Notes under the pieces: generated by a model
Told to the model about the DNA's origin: nothing
Databases searched by the model: none
The model's input: only the letters and a program-made list of their open reading frames with translations
From: Thalia democratica
Lineage: Eukaryota
Assembly (NCBI GenBank): GCA_965202585.1
Contig: OZ241830.1
Location: 54,312,001 to 54,376,000, forward strand
Reading direction: 5' to 3'
DNA length: 64,000 nucleotides
In this document: positions 53,536 to 64,000 of the stretch, piece by piece
How positions within the stretch are numbered: the first letter of the stretch is position 1
How the letters are laid out: each line of letters starts with the position of its first letter
Program-made: the position numbers and the translations under genes

Positions 53536-54179
53536 CAATTTTAATTGTTAGCTTTTACAAAATAATGAAAACTTATTAGCGAAAATTTGATATATTTTTT
53601 TATTAATTTTTGTAATCTAGCTTAGTACATACTACCTTAATTAAGTTGTTTAAAGAACTTTTAAAAGAGCGTACACACATGTAAAATTGATACCTTTTAT
53701 TAAAATTTTTACATTTTTTGTATTTCATTTAAAGTTGCTACTCACTGCTTTACTATTCAAAAATCAAAATTAGTTCTTTGCTAATAAAGATCCTAGCGAA
53801 ACTCGTCACTGGGGTTTATAATAGCAAGATATTTAAACAGTACTCTTTCTTTATTAAACTAAGATATGTAAAATTATATCTTGATAACACACAGAAACAT
53901 GTTTTAGTTTAAAAAAGATAAAGTACTTTTTTAACTTGTTACTACTAATTACTGGTTATCATTTTAATAAATATTTATGAAGTAGTCAAACAGTTTTGTA
54001 GCTGTTTCAAATACGAGGGGTAACTTAGCTCAATTAGCATTTTTTTGCAAATCTTATAAAATGTCTAAACTAAGATCCAATTATTTTCCTTATCTTTTAA
54101 GCTAACTATTTTTTTTAAATTTTTGGAACGCTGATTTACTTTTAATAAAAAAGACTATTGGATTGGGTTTTAACTTTTT

Positions 54180-54818
54180 NNNNNNNNNNNNNNNNNNNNN
54201 NNNNNNNNNNNNNNNNNNNNNNNNNNNNNNNNNNNNNNNNNNNNNNNNNNNNNNNNNNNNNNNNNNNNNNNNNNNNNNNNNNNNNNNNNNNNNNNNNNNN
54301 NNNNNNNNNNNNNNNNNNNNNNNNNNNNNNNNNNNNNNNNNNNNNNNNNNNNNNNNNNNNNNNNNNNNNNNNNNNNNNNNNNNNNNNNNNNNNNNNNNNN
54401 NNNNNNNNNNNNNNNNNNNNNNNNNNNNNNNNNNNNNNNNNNNNNNNNNNNNNNNNNNNNNNNNNNNNNNNNNNNNNNNNNNNNNNNNNNNNNNNNNNNN
54501 NNNNNNNNNNNNNNNNNNNNNNNNNNNNNNNNNNNNNNNNNNNNNNNNNNNNNNNNNNNNNNNNNNNNNNNNNNNNNNNNNNNNNNNNNNNNNNNNNNNN
54601 NNNNNNNNNNNNNNNNNNNNNNNNNNNNNNNNNNNNNNNNNNNNNNNNNNNNNNNNNNNNNNNNNNNNNNNNNNNNNNNNNNNNNNNNNNNNNNNNNNNN
54701 NNNNNNNNNNNNNNNNNNNNNNNNNNNNNNNNNNNNNNNNNNNNNNNNNNNNNNNNNNNNNNNNNNNNNNNNNNNNNNNNNNNNNNNNNNNNNNNNNNNN
54801 NNNNNNNNNNNNNNNNNN
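54180..54818. other. Assembly gap (N run)
   Basis: Run of n; the ORFs at 54158-54838 and 54163-54828 are artefacts. Confidence 1.
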
Positions 54819-55295
54819 ACGATATTAGTAATTTTTAATTGATAAGGATAACAACAATAGTAATAATAATGATAGTAATAGTAATTAACGATTTTAGTAA
54901 AAAATTATAACTTAACGATATTAGTAATTTTTAATTAATAATGGTAACTTATAATAATGATAGTTATAGTAATTAACGATTTTAGTAAAAAATTTATAAC
55001 ATAACGATATTAGAAATGGTAACTTATAATAATGATAGTAATTGTAACTAACGATATTAAAAAAAATTTATAACATAACGATACTAGTAATTTTTAATTA
55101 ATAATTGTAACTTATAGTAATGATAGTAATAGTAATTAACGATATTAAAGAAAAATTATAACTTAACGATATTAGTAATTTTTAATTAATAATGATAAAA
55201 ACAATAGTAATAATAATGCTAGTAATTAACGATTTAAGTAAAAAATTTATAACTTAACGATATAAGTAATTTTTAATTAATTATGGTAACATATA
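54819..55295. repeat. AT-rich minisatellite (~85-90 bp unit) abutting the gap
   Basis: Repeating aacgatattagtaatttttaattaataat...aatgatagtaatagtaattaacgattttagtaaaaaatttataactt. Confidence 0.9.
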
Positions 55296-55305
55296 ACTAT
55301 TTTAA

Positions 55306-56367
55306 CTATTTGCAAATCATTGTTTTCTATGGTGACGTCATAGTAGTGGTAGGATCGAGCTGATTTTTATTTCTACTGATACTCACGTCGTGCCAAGGAC
55401 GCGTACGAATTTTAAAGAACAATTACCGAGTAACTTTGCTGGAATCGTGTTCCAAAGCAAAATCCGTTTTTTTTATGGTGACGTCATAGTAATGGTAGGA
55501 TCGAGCTGATTTTTATTTTTACGGATACTCACGTCGTGCCGAGGACGCATACGAATTTTCATCAACAATTACCGAATTACTTTGCTGGAATCGTGTTTCA
55601 AAGCAAAATCATTGGATTCTATTTGCAAATCCTTGTTTTCTATGGTGACGTCACAGTAGTAGTAGGATCGTGCTGATTTTTATTTCTACTTATACTCACG
55701 TCGTGCCGAGGACGCATACGAATTTTCATCAACAACTACCGAGTAACTTTGCTGGAATCGTGTTTCAAAGCAAAAACCTTGTTTTCTATAGTGACGTCAC
55801 AATAATGGTAGGATCGAGCTGATTTTCATTTCTACGGATACTCACGTCGTGCCGAGGACGCATACGAATTTTAAAGAACAATTACCGAGTAACTTTGCTG
55901 GAATCGTGTTCCAAAGCAAAATCCTTGTTTTCTATGGTGAAGTCACAATAATGGTAGGATCGAGCTGATTTTTATTTCTACGGATACTCACGTCGTGCAG
56001 AGGACGCATACGAATTTTAAAGAACAATTACCGAGTAACTTTGCTGGAATCGTGTTCCAAAGCAAAATTATTGTTTTCTATGGTGACGTCATAGTAGTGG
56101 TAGGATCAAGCTGATTTTCATTTCTACGGATACTCACGTCGTGCCGAGGACGCATACGAATTTTAGAGAACAATTACCGAGTAACTTTGCTGGAATCGTG
56201 TTCCAAAGCAAAATTATTGGATTCTATTTGCAAATTGCTATAGTGACGTCATAATAGTGGTAGGATCGAGCTGATTTTTATTTCTACTAATACTCACGTC
56301 GTGCCGAGGACGCATACGAATTTAAAAAAAAAAATTACCGAGTAACTTTGCTGGAATCGTGTTCCAA
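55306..56367. repeat. CpG-rich satellite, seven monomers of 146 bp (two lengthened to 167/160 bp)
   Basis: The gtgacgtca anchor (gtgaagtca in unit 5) lies at unit starts 55331, 55477, 55644, 55790, 55936, 56082 and 56242. Confidence 0.97.
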
Positions 56368-56420
56368 TTTTTTTTTTACAATTTCCACTGTGAGAAGATT
56401 TCTATCACGGTTTTGATTCC

Positions 56421-56769
56421 TTTTTTACATGGTTTTATAGCAAAAGTAAATTATTTTTAATTAATTTTTATTTTTAAAAGACTTTTATAATTAGGTTTTA
56501 TAACATTATTAAAATTTTCCAAGCTTATAATTATTTCACAAATATATGACCCATACAAGTTTTACCAGAATTTTTTGTTTAAGTAGTTTGAGATATTTCT
56601 TGATCAAATATTAAGAGTTTAGGTAAAACTTGTATGGGTCATATATTTGAAAAACAATAATAAGCTTGGAAAAAATTTAATAACTTTATAAAGCTTAATT
56701 ATATAAGTCTGTTAAAAATAAAATTAAATTAAAAAATAATTTACTTTTGCTATAAAACCATGTAAAAAA
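56421..56769. mobile_element. Small foldback/MITE, ~145-bp arms with ~53-bp loop
   Basis: ttttttacatggttttatagcaaaagtaaattatttt...tatatgacccatacaagttttacc is mirrored by ggtaaaacttgtatgggtcatata...aatttacttttgctataaaaccatgtaaaaaa. Confidence 0.85.
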
Positions 56770-56973
56770 CGAACCAAACAGGTGCATATTTGGAACTTTT
56801 CTGATGAATTTTTTTAAGCATATGTTATAAACAAAAAATTGAAAAAAAAAAAAAATAACATCATAAAACTCAATTAAATAAGTATGTTAGTCATAAAAAA
56901 ATATAAAATAAATAATTATTTTTAGAGAAAAACATTGCAAAGAAAAAAATGCTAAAAAACGTTAAATTTTTAA

Positions 56974-59900
56974 TGGATAGGAAGTTTCGTCGATATTTAA
57001 CATTGCGATATTTGGATATACAAAGAAATGTTATATAACTTTACGGAATTGAAAAGGTAATTTCTAATCCAAATGGAATCCTAAAACTTTACAGGATTCC
57101 TCTTCAGAGGTTATATTTATGTGATTTATTTTTATTTTAAAATTATATTGAAAACTTTTTAACATAATTGTAATTTAAATCTACATACTTGAACGCAATA
57201 TTAACGCTAGCTAGCCTAGTAAAAACTATTTTATGAAGCTTTACGGAATTGAAAAGGTACCTTCTAGTCCATTTGGAATCCTGAAACTTTACAGGATTCC
57301 TCTTAAGAGGTTCTATTTATGTGATTTGTTTTTATTTTAAAATTTTTTCGAAACTTTTTTTATATAATTATAATTTAAATCTTCTTACTTGAACGTAATA
57401 TTAACGCTAGCTAGCCTAGTAAAAACTATTTTATGAAGCTTTACGGAATTGAAAAGGTAACTTCTGGTCCATTTGGAATCCTGAAACATTACAAGATTCC
57501 TCTTCAGAGGTTCTATTTTTGTGATTTGTTTTTATTTTTACCTTATAACAATTAATTATACAGAAAATTATAATTTAAAACTTGATTATTAAAATTAATA
57601 ATCAAGTTTATATAAAATCTGATGGAAAGTTTTGAGCTAAAATCATTGTTCATTCAAGCGTCAAAGAGAGAGCTCTTAAAGTCATTTGGTTTACTGATGC
57701 AAGTTGATCACAGTTAAAATAAGGAGAAAATTAAGTGTACACAAGAAATTACTGATGTAATGTAGCATAAAGATTATAACAAAAATTTGGTAGAGCTTTA
57801 ATGAGTTTTTATCACAATAATTCAAGATAAATACTACTTAACAATTGTTTTAACATCTTAACTTTTGGTTTTTTATACAAGAAAAAGTTTAACTGACTGT
57901 TTAACGAAACATTAATAAAAAAAACAAAGCTATAATTGAAATTTTTTATTTATATTCAAGTAATTTAGTACTTGAACTCATGTTTAATTTGTTAAATGTA
58001 TTCATAGCACGTGCAATAATAACAATTATCTTTTTGTTTAGAAAACTTGTACTCCTCTTCCGATAGATTCAAACAATTTACGGCATGAAACCATTTGAAG
58101 CAGTTCTCACATTGAATCTAAAACAGATACTCAAAATCAGCGGTTTTTGAACGGTTTAAAATTTTTATTATATTAATAAAACTCAGTAAATATAGTTAGT
58201 AGTTATTCGTTGTAATAATTTTTTACCTCCTTCCTTTATCAGCATAGTTGCCACTTCCCTTCTTTTGCAACAATTTTGGGATGCTCCGGTAGATAGATGA
58301 ATTCTAGTCGGAAGCAACGGGTACGTAAGTACAATTTGTTCTGAAGCCTAAGTTATAAATATTTTCAAAGTTAGTTGTAAATAAAATATTTTTAAAATGT
58401 TTTTAAGTTATTAATAAACAGATTATCTTCATACTTCATTAACATGAATCCCAAAGCTTATTTCGTCTGCCTGTGAATTTTGATTTATTCCAACTGCTTC
58501 AAATGTACTGAATTTATCTAACAAACTTCCTTTTTCTAGTTGTTTTCTACATTGACAAAAAATGTATAGATAAAACTTTAAGTTTCTAATTACAAAATTT
58601 ATATCTAAACTTTTTTAAAGTAAATTAAAACAAAACTAACAACTTAGACACAAAAAATGCTAGCTTGATATTATCTTATATATTGAAATAGCTGATTGAT
58701 ATTTCATCATATCAACAAAAAAAAATTTAACGATGGGTCGAAGGACGTAAATTATGTTTTTCTTGCTAGTTTTTCTGATTATTATCTTTTTAAACAGCTT
58801 AAAACATAATATATCTTTCAAATGACTGTTCTTTTTTTATTCTATTGATTTATACTTTAGTTTTAGTCTAAACATTACACAAGAATCTATCTAAAGGGAA
58901 AACACTTTAATAAAGTATAGAACAAAATAATATTAAAATACTTAGTTTTTAGATAATGACTAATATAAAAAGAAACACTGTTAAAAATATACTTTAAATA
59001 ACACAAGAAAACAATTAAATGAAAATAACAAAAATAACATGTTTACTGCAGCAAGCTGTGGCTATCTCAAACCACTTTCTCTGGCTGGTTTATATAGCAA
59101 CGTTATTAACTTTATGCAACATTACATCAGTAATTAATTGTCTGCATTTCATTTCCTCCTTATCTTAACTGTAATCATGTTGCATCAGTAAATCACATGA
59201 CTTTGAGAGTTTTCTCTTAAACGCTTTAATGAACAATGATGCAAGCTCAAAACATTCCATCAAATTTAATAAGTAATCAAGTTTTAAACTATAATATTTT
59301 TGTATAATTTAAAAATATAAGTTTAAAATAAAAATAAGTTATAATTTTTAAATTATAAAAATAATTTGTAAGACAGTTTTCACTAGGCTAGCTAGCGTTA
59401 ATATTGCGTTCAAGTATGTAGATTTAAATTATAATTATGTAAAAAAATTTTCGGTAAAATTTTAAAATAAAAATAAATCACAAAAACAGAACCTCTGAAG
59501 AGGAATCCTGTAAAGTTTCAGGATTCCAAATGGACTAGAAGGTACCTTTTTAATTCCGTAAAGCTTCATAAAATAGTTTTTACTAGGCTGGCTAGCATTA
59601 ATACTGCGTTCAAGTAAGAAGATTTAAATTATAATTATATAAAAAAATTTCGATAAAATTTTAAAATAAAAATAAATCACAATAATAGAACCTCTGAAGA
59701 GGAATCCTGAAAAGTTTTACGATTCCAAATGGACTATTAATTACCTTTTCAATTCCGTAAAGCTTCATAAAATAGCTTTTACTAGGCTAGCTAGCGTTAA
59801 TATTGCGTTCAAGTAAGAAGATTTAACTATAGTTACATAAAAAAGTCGATAAAATTTTAAAATAAAAATAAATCACATAAATAGAACCTCTGAAGAGGAA

Positions 59901-60023
59901 TCCTGTAAAGTTTTAGGATTCCATTTGAATTAGAAGTTACCTTTTCAATTCCGTAAAGTTTTATAACATTTCTTTGTATATCCAAATATCGCAATGTTAA
60001 ATATCGACGAAACTTCCTATCCA
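56974..60023. mobile_element. 3-kb foldback element with ~0.8-0.9-kb TIRs made of 200-bp tandem units; 11-bp flanking direct repeat
   Basis: Termini tggataggaagtttcgtcgatatttaacattgcg... and its exact reverse complement. Unit anchors lie at 57039/57239/57439. taaatttttaa occurs at 56963-56973 and 60024-60034. Confidence 0.9.
57992..58546 (-). pseudogene. Decayed spliced gene inside the foldback; last exon (57992-58117) is PHD-finger-like
   Basis: ttttag|IQCENCFKWFHAVNCLNLSEEEYKFSKQKDNCYYCTCYEYI*. Upstream AG/GT-bounded exons 58227-58347 and 58435-58546 are not mutually in phase. Confidence 0.6.
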
Positions 60024-60399
60024 TAAATTTTTAAAGGGGCTGCACTACAAAACTATAACCTCAATTTGAGGAAAATTATAGTGAAAAGCTAAGCAAAATA
60101 ACGTTCTTTAGAATTAAAAAAAAATGCCAAGTTAGCATTAAAGAAATTGAAAATAATTGGTTTTAAAGTGTAGTTAAAGAATAAAACTACAAAAAAAAAG
60201 CCATTCAAGCCAAGTTCATGCTCATCATTAAAGATAAAGATCTTTTTAAACTAACTTTAAAGTAACGGTTTTTAAATAAATATTCAGTATAAATTTAACA
60301 CCAGGTCCAAACATCTACATATAAAGAGTGCACGACCAATAAAATTAGGACAGAAAAAACTCTTTTTTTTTTTTTTTCTGTTAGTCATTTTTTTATTTA

Positions 60400-60674
60400 T
60401 TATCACTGTTATCCCTATTCCTTAATTTTCAGCTTTTTTTTGTTTATTTATTAATTTACCTTTAAGTTTTATTTTTTTATAAATTTTTTTTTTAGTTTTT
60501 TAATTATTACTATCACTGTTACCCTAACCCTCGATCGGTAGCTTTTTTTATTAAATTTTTTTATTTCTTTTTTTTTTTACTCTCGTGCAAAAACGACCTT
60601 TTGTGCAAAACTGTCACCCGTGCAAAATTGAGCCTCTGTGCAAAATTTTCACTCGTGAAATTTTGACCCGTTCC
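60400..60674. mobile_element. Right half of another copy of the 18-bp-subrepeat TIR family
   Basis: tatcactgttaccctaaccct internal motif, followed by cgtgcaaaa subrepeats ending gacccgttcc. Confidence 0.7.
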
Positions 60675-60916
60675 TTTTTTTATTATGGGTAGCTTTCGAA
60701 TTTGCACGAGTGTACGAAATTGCAGAGGGAACAAAATTGCACGAAGATACTTTTGCTTAAAGGGTCACTTTTGCACGAGGTACTTTTGCACGGAGACATT
60801 TTTGCCCGGGTTAAGTTTTATTTTATTAGTTTTTTATTTTTTCATTAAGTTTAAATTTATATTTATTTTTTTTTACTATTATCAGTCATCTCATCACTGT
60901 TACTCATAACCCTTAG

Positions 60917-61420
60917 CTTTATTAAAGTTGAGAGGTGTCGAGAAATTTCTCGACACCTCACAACTAGAATAAAGGAACATGTTCCCAAGTGTATCACTTC
61001 GTATATTAAAGACAAAAAAGACGAAAAGAGTGTTGCAGTCAAAAACGCAATAAAAAAATCTTCTAAAGCAGAACACCTTGTGAATAATCCAAGTTGTAGA
61101 AAAAGGTTGCATTATTTAATTTCAGTGTAATGCGACAATGTTCAAATACATTGGAATTAATTAGATTTGAAGCCATTTTAATACATTTAAATAAACTAAA
61201 TTTATGTAAAAAGAAAGAATTTGACTACATTTTAGTCTTATATGGTTAAGACCATTTCGTGTTGATTTTTAAAGTTTTTGTTGATTACATTTACGTTTAC
61301 TTAATCGATTAGTTGATTAATTTGTAAAATTTTTGTATATATACTTGTTGTGTCTTATTGTATTGTTTTAATTGTAATTTCCCTGAAGAGAATTTGACGA
61401 AATATATTGGAAAGAAAAAG
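60917..61420 (+). mobile_element. Penelope/Poseidon-type PLE 3' fragment with a short 5' inversion
   Basis: SRHLTTRIKEHVPKCI...KSSKAEHLVNNPSC...FEAILIHLNKLNLCKKKEFDY. The 5' junction is a 28-bp perfect palindrome (60932-60959). Confidence 0.82.
61378..61413 (+). ncRNA. Minimal type I hammerhead motif, catalytic core intact
   Basis: TTTCC CTGAAGA G-aatttga-C GAAA TATATT GGAAA. Stem I is 5/5, stem II is 1 bp and stem III is the palindrome ATATAT. Confidence 0.7.
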
Positions 61421-64000
61421 TTTGAGTGTTCATTTATTCATTAAAAATTATAAAATGAAGTCTGATGTTTAAATTACTATAAACTATCTTTCCTTTTTTT
61501 TTGTTTTTTTTTTCTATATATTTTCACTCTCGTGCAAAAATGTAACTTGTGCATATTTGGCTTCGTGAAACTTTGGCTTTGTGCAATTTTGTGCACTCGT
61601 GCAATTTTGTTTTTGATCAATTTAGTAACCTCGTACAAGTTTGTCTTCGTGCAGTTTAGACCAGTCCATTTTATTATATATGTTTTAATTTGAAGTGTAA
61701 CTCATCTTGATATCAGATAGAAAATTTAACTTTTGACGTAGAGTTTAATATATATTTTATGTCTGTATAATGTTAGATATATTTGTGTATAAAAAATTAT
61801 ATTATTTTAAAGAAAAATATTTGAAGTTGTAAAGTTTAATAGTAAAGTTTAACTTTTCAATGAGTTTTTCGTTTTAGAGTTTAAGTTTAAAGATTTTTTT
61901 CATTTGTAGCTCATTATAATTTTGATTAAGTTGGGTATGCAATTCGATGACCGAGAGGTCTTTTTGCGTATCTAAGTCCTTAAACCAAAAATTTTTTGAG
62001 CAGATTTTCTTTTTTGTTCAATAAACTACTCTTGTTTGAAGTACATATTTATACCAATTGAATATCAAAAAAGCAAAAGTTTTTTCTTTGAAAGGATACA
62101 AGCCGCTATGTTCTGATTAGTTTAAAATAACGAGTTTTGAATCCACCCATTAAAAAGTGCTAACTTGTTAACAAACAGAAAGATAAGTTAGTTTGATTTT
62201 AATATTAAGAGTACAGTTTAAATTTTCTATTATTAGAAAAAAGAAATTACTTTCTTTTAATTTCATCATTATTAAAATACTAAAAAAATTAAACTTATAT
62301 TTTTAACTGAATACAAATTAACAAAAATTTTAGTATTTTAACATTTAGTTACTAAATGTTGCTTTGGACTTGATTTAAACGCACACATAATAGAAGGCTG
62401 TACTGCATGTATCCTCAAAAAAATATGTCACATTCATGATTGAAGTTAATTATTATTAAACAATGAAATAAAAGTTTTTTTTATTTAAATGTTAAACGAG
62501 GTTTTAAATCGGTTAGCTAAAACTTTCTAAAACCCTAAAAATAAGCTAGGATTGTGACAGAAAAAAGTATTTTTTGTCGTTGTGTGTAATAGAAAAAATA
62601 ACTTTATTGACATAAAATCAAACCAATATGTTATAAATTATAAGTATTTTTGTGTAAGGTAGATTAAAATTACTAGCTTTAACACTTTTTTATCTTATTT
62701 GATATAAAAATAACAATAAAAACTGTTTTAAAATAAATAAAGCATTAGGTTCATCTAAACAGAGGGTTAGTAAACTTGCTGCTTTTTAGCTACAAAACAA
62801 TCAACAAAGTTACAAGTTTAAGTTTAAACAAATAAAAATACTTATTTTATATATATCTAACTTATTATATGCTTTAAATTTTTGTTAATTTTAAGATATA
62901 GCTATTATGGCCCGGGAGAAACTTAATTAGCCTGATTTGGCGTGTTTATATTATTAATTTTTAAAAAGGAAAAATAAAAGCAATTTGTGTAATTGTACTA
63001 AATAAATCACAAAATTTGTAAACAAAATGTCTTAAAAAGAAACAATTGAAACTAAATAGCTCTTAAACGATCTCGCTCTCGATTTAAGACAGAGAGGTCA
63101 ACTATAATTCAAAATATTCCTGTCGAAGCTGCCAATTTGTGACAAAGATAGTTTTCCAGGAAATTGAAGACGTGAATTTTTTCTATAAAATAACTTGCAG
63201 TAAAAATTATTTACTAGGAAATACTTATCGGTCTATCTCTTAAAAAATCTTTTGAAAAACATAAGTTTATATTAATGCAAGAAGAGTATGATAGGTTTTT
63301 ATCATAAAAACAGCAACACCAAGATTTATCTGTTTTTCGTTTTATTTGTATTTCTTTGTATGAAATTTTTTATAAAAAAACCGCATTTTTAATACAGTTA
63401 CATAAGATGTTTTTATTATCATAAAGTATTAGATAACAATGAGCTTAAACGCGTTAGGGTCATTTGTAATATTTGTTTTTATTATTTTAGGTTACTTTGT
63501 TATAATAACTTTAAAAAACAGTTAAGTTTGCGAATAAAGGAATGTTAAATAAGATAGAATTATAGTAACATCCAAAAGTTTTTTACTTCATTACCCAAGT
63601 TGAAAGGAATCTTATTTGTTATCTTCTATTCTTTGAACGTCCTACTTTTTCTGAACTTTGTGGATTTATGTTATTAGTGTAAGGTAAGAAATAGATACGT
63701 ACGTCAGTTTAAATATTTTCAAAGACCATACAAGTTGTTGCTAATATTATCTTACAACGGTATTGTTTCGTTCAAAACTATTTTAATCACCATATAAACA
63801 GTCTACAGTATTGAACACATTTTAAACTTTAAATATTTTAAATATTCATGCATTTAGCTATTAACTTTTTATTTTAAACATTTTACTTTTATTTTTATAG
63901 AGAGCAATATTACAAAAATATTTTGATGTTTATGTACATAATTAGAATAAAAGGTTGCATGAAATAATTGTAATTGTACTTAAGTGATGGTTACTAAGTG

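Larger units (their letters stand above)
60687..61668. mobile_element. 18-bp-subrepeat TIR element with 9-bp flanking direct repeat, carrying a nested PLE 3' end
   Basis: ttttgcacga subrepeats on + (60700-60810) and - (61510-61667). ttttattat occurs at 60678-60686 and 61669-61677. Confidence 0.8.

Noticed and set aside
54158-54838. Two long ORFs in the ORF track
   Set aside because: They consist of N-gap codons.
55306-56367. CRISPR-like or tRNA/SINE array
   Set aside because: The units are homogeneous along their whole length with no unique spacers, no cas genes are present, and no B-box or cloverleaf was recognised.
28151-58546. RAG-like transposon (Kelch plus PHD suggests RAG2-like)
   Set aside because: The Kelch protein has a BACK domain typical of KLHL proteins, the PHD is 28 kb away in another element, and there is no RAG1/Transib core or confirmed CAC termini.
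59494-59540. Hammerhead-like CTGAAGA followed by a 9-bp stem in the 200-bp TIR unit
   Set aside because: The stem is followed by AAAT rather than GAAA, with no NUH triplet or stem I; kept only as a hairpin.

Overview
This is a very AT-rich, repeat-dominated eukaryotic (most likely invertebrate animal) window with one assembly gap (54180-54818). One apparently intact host gene is supported: a probable two-exon BACK/Kelch gene lacking a recognisable BTB domain (27665-29610, +). There is also a single frameshifted exon closely resembling the proteasome subunit PSMD1/RPN2 (11397-11587, -). Most other recognisable sequence is mobile or duplicated DNA. It includes at least six Penelope-like retroelement (PLE) pieces, one with an uninterrupted RT+GIY-YIG ORF and a 14-bp target-site duplication, plus RTE, CR1 and Gypsy-gag fragments, several MITE/foldback elements, satellites, and a ~6-kb direct duplication (1-6165 vs 43587-50500). 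The most striking unannotated signal is a set of nine type-I hammerhead-ribozyme-like motifs. Three keep an intact catalytic core, most sit just 3' of PLE remnants, and most have a self-complementary stem III consistent with dimer cleavage. Two copies of one foldback TIR family each carry a different PLE 3' end plus hammerhead. A 3-kb foldback element with 200-bp tandem-repeat arms carries a decayed PHD-finger-like gene. All calls come from reading the sequence by eye; no searches or folding were run.
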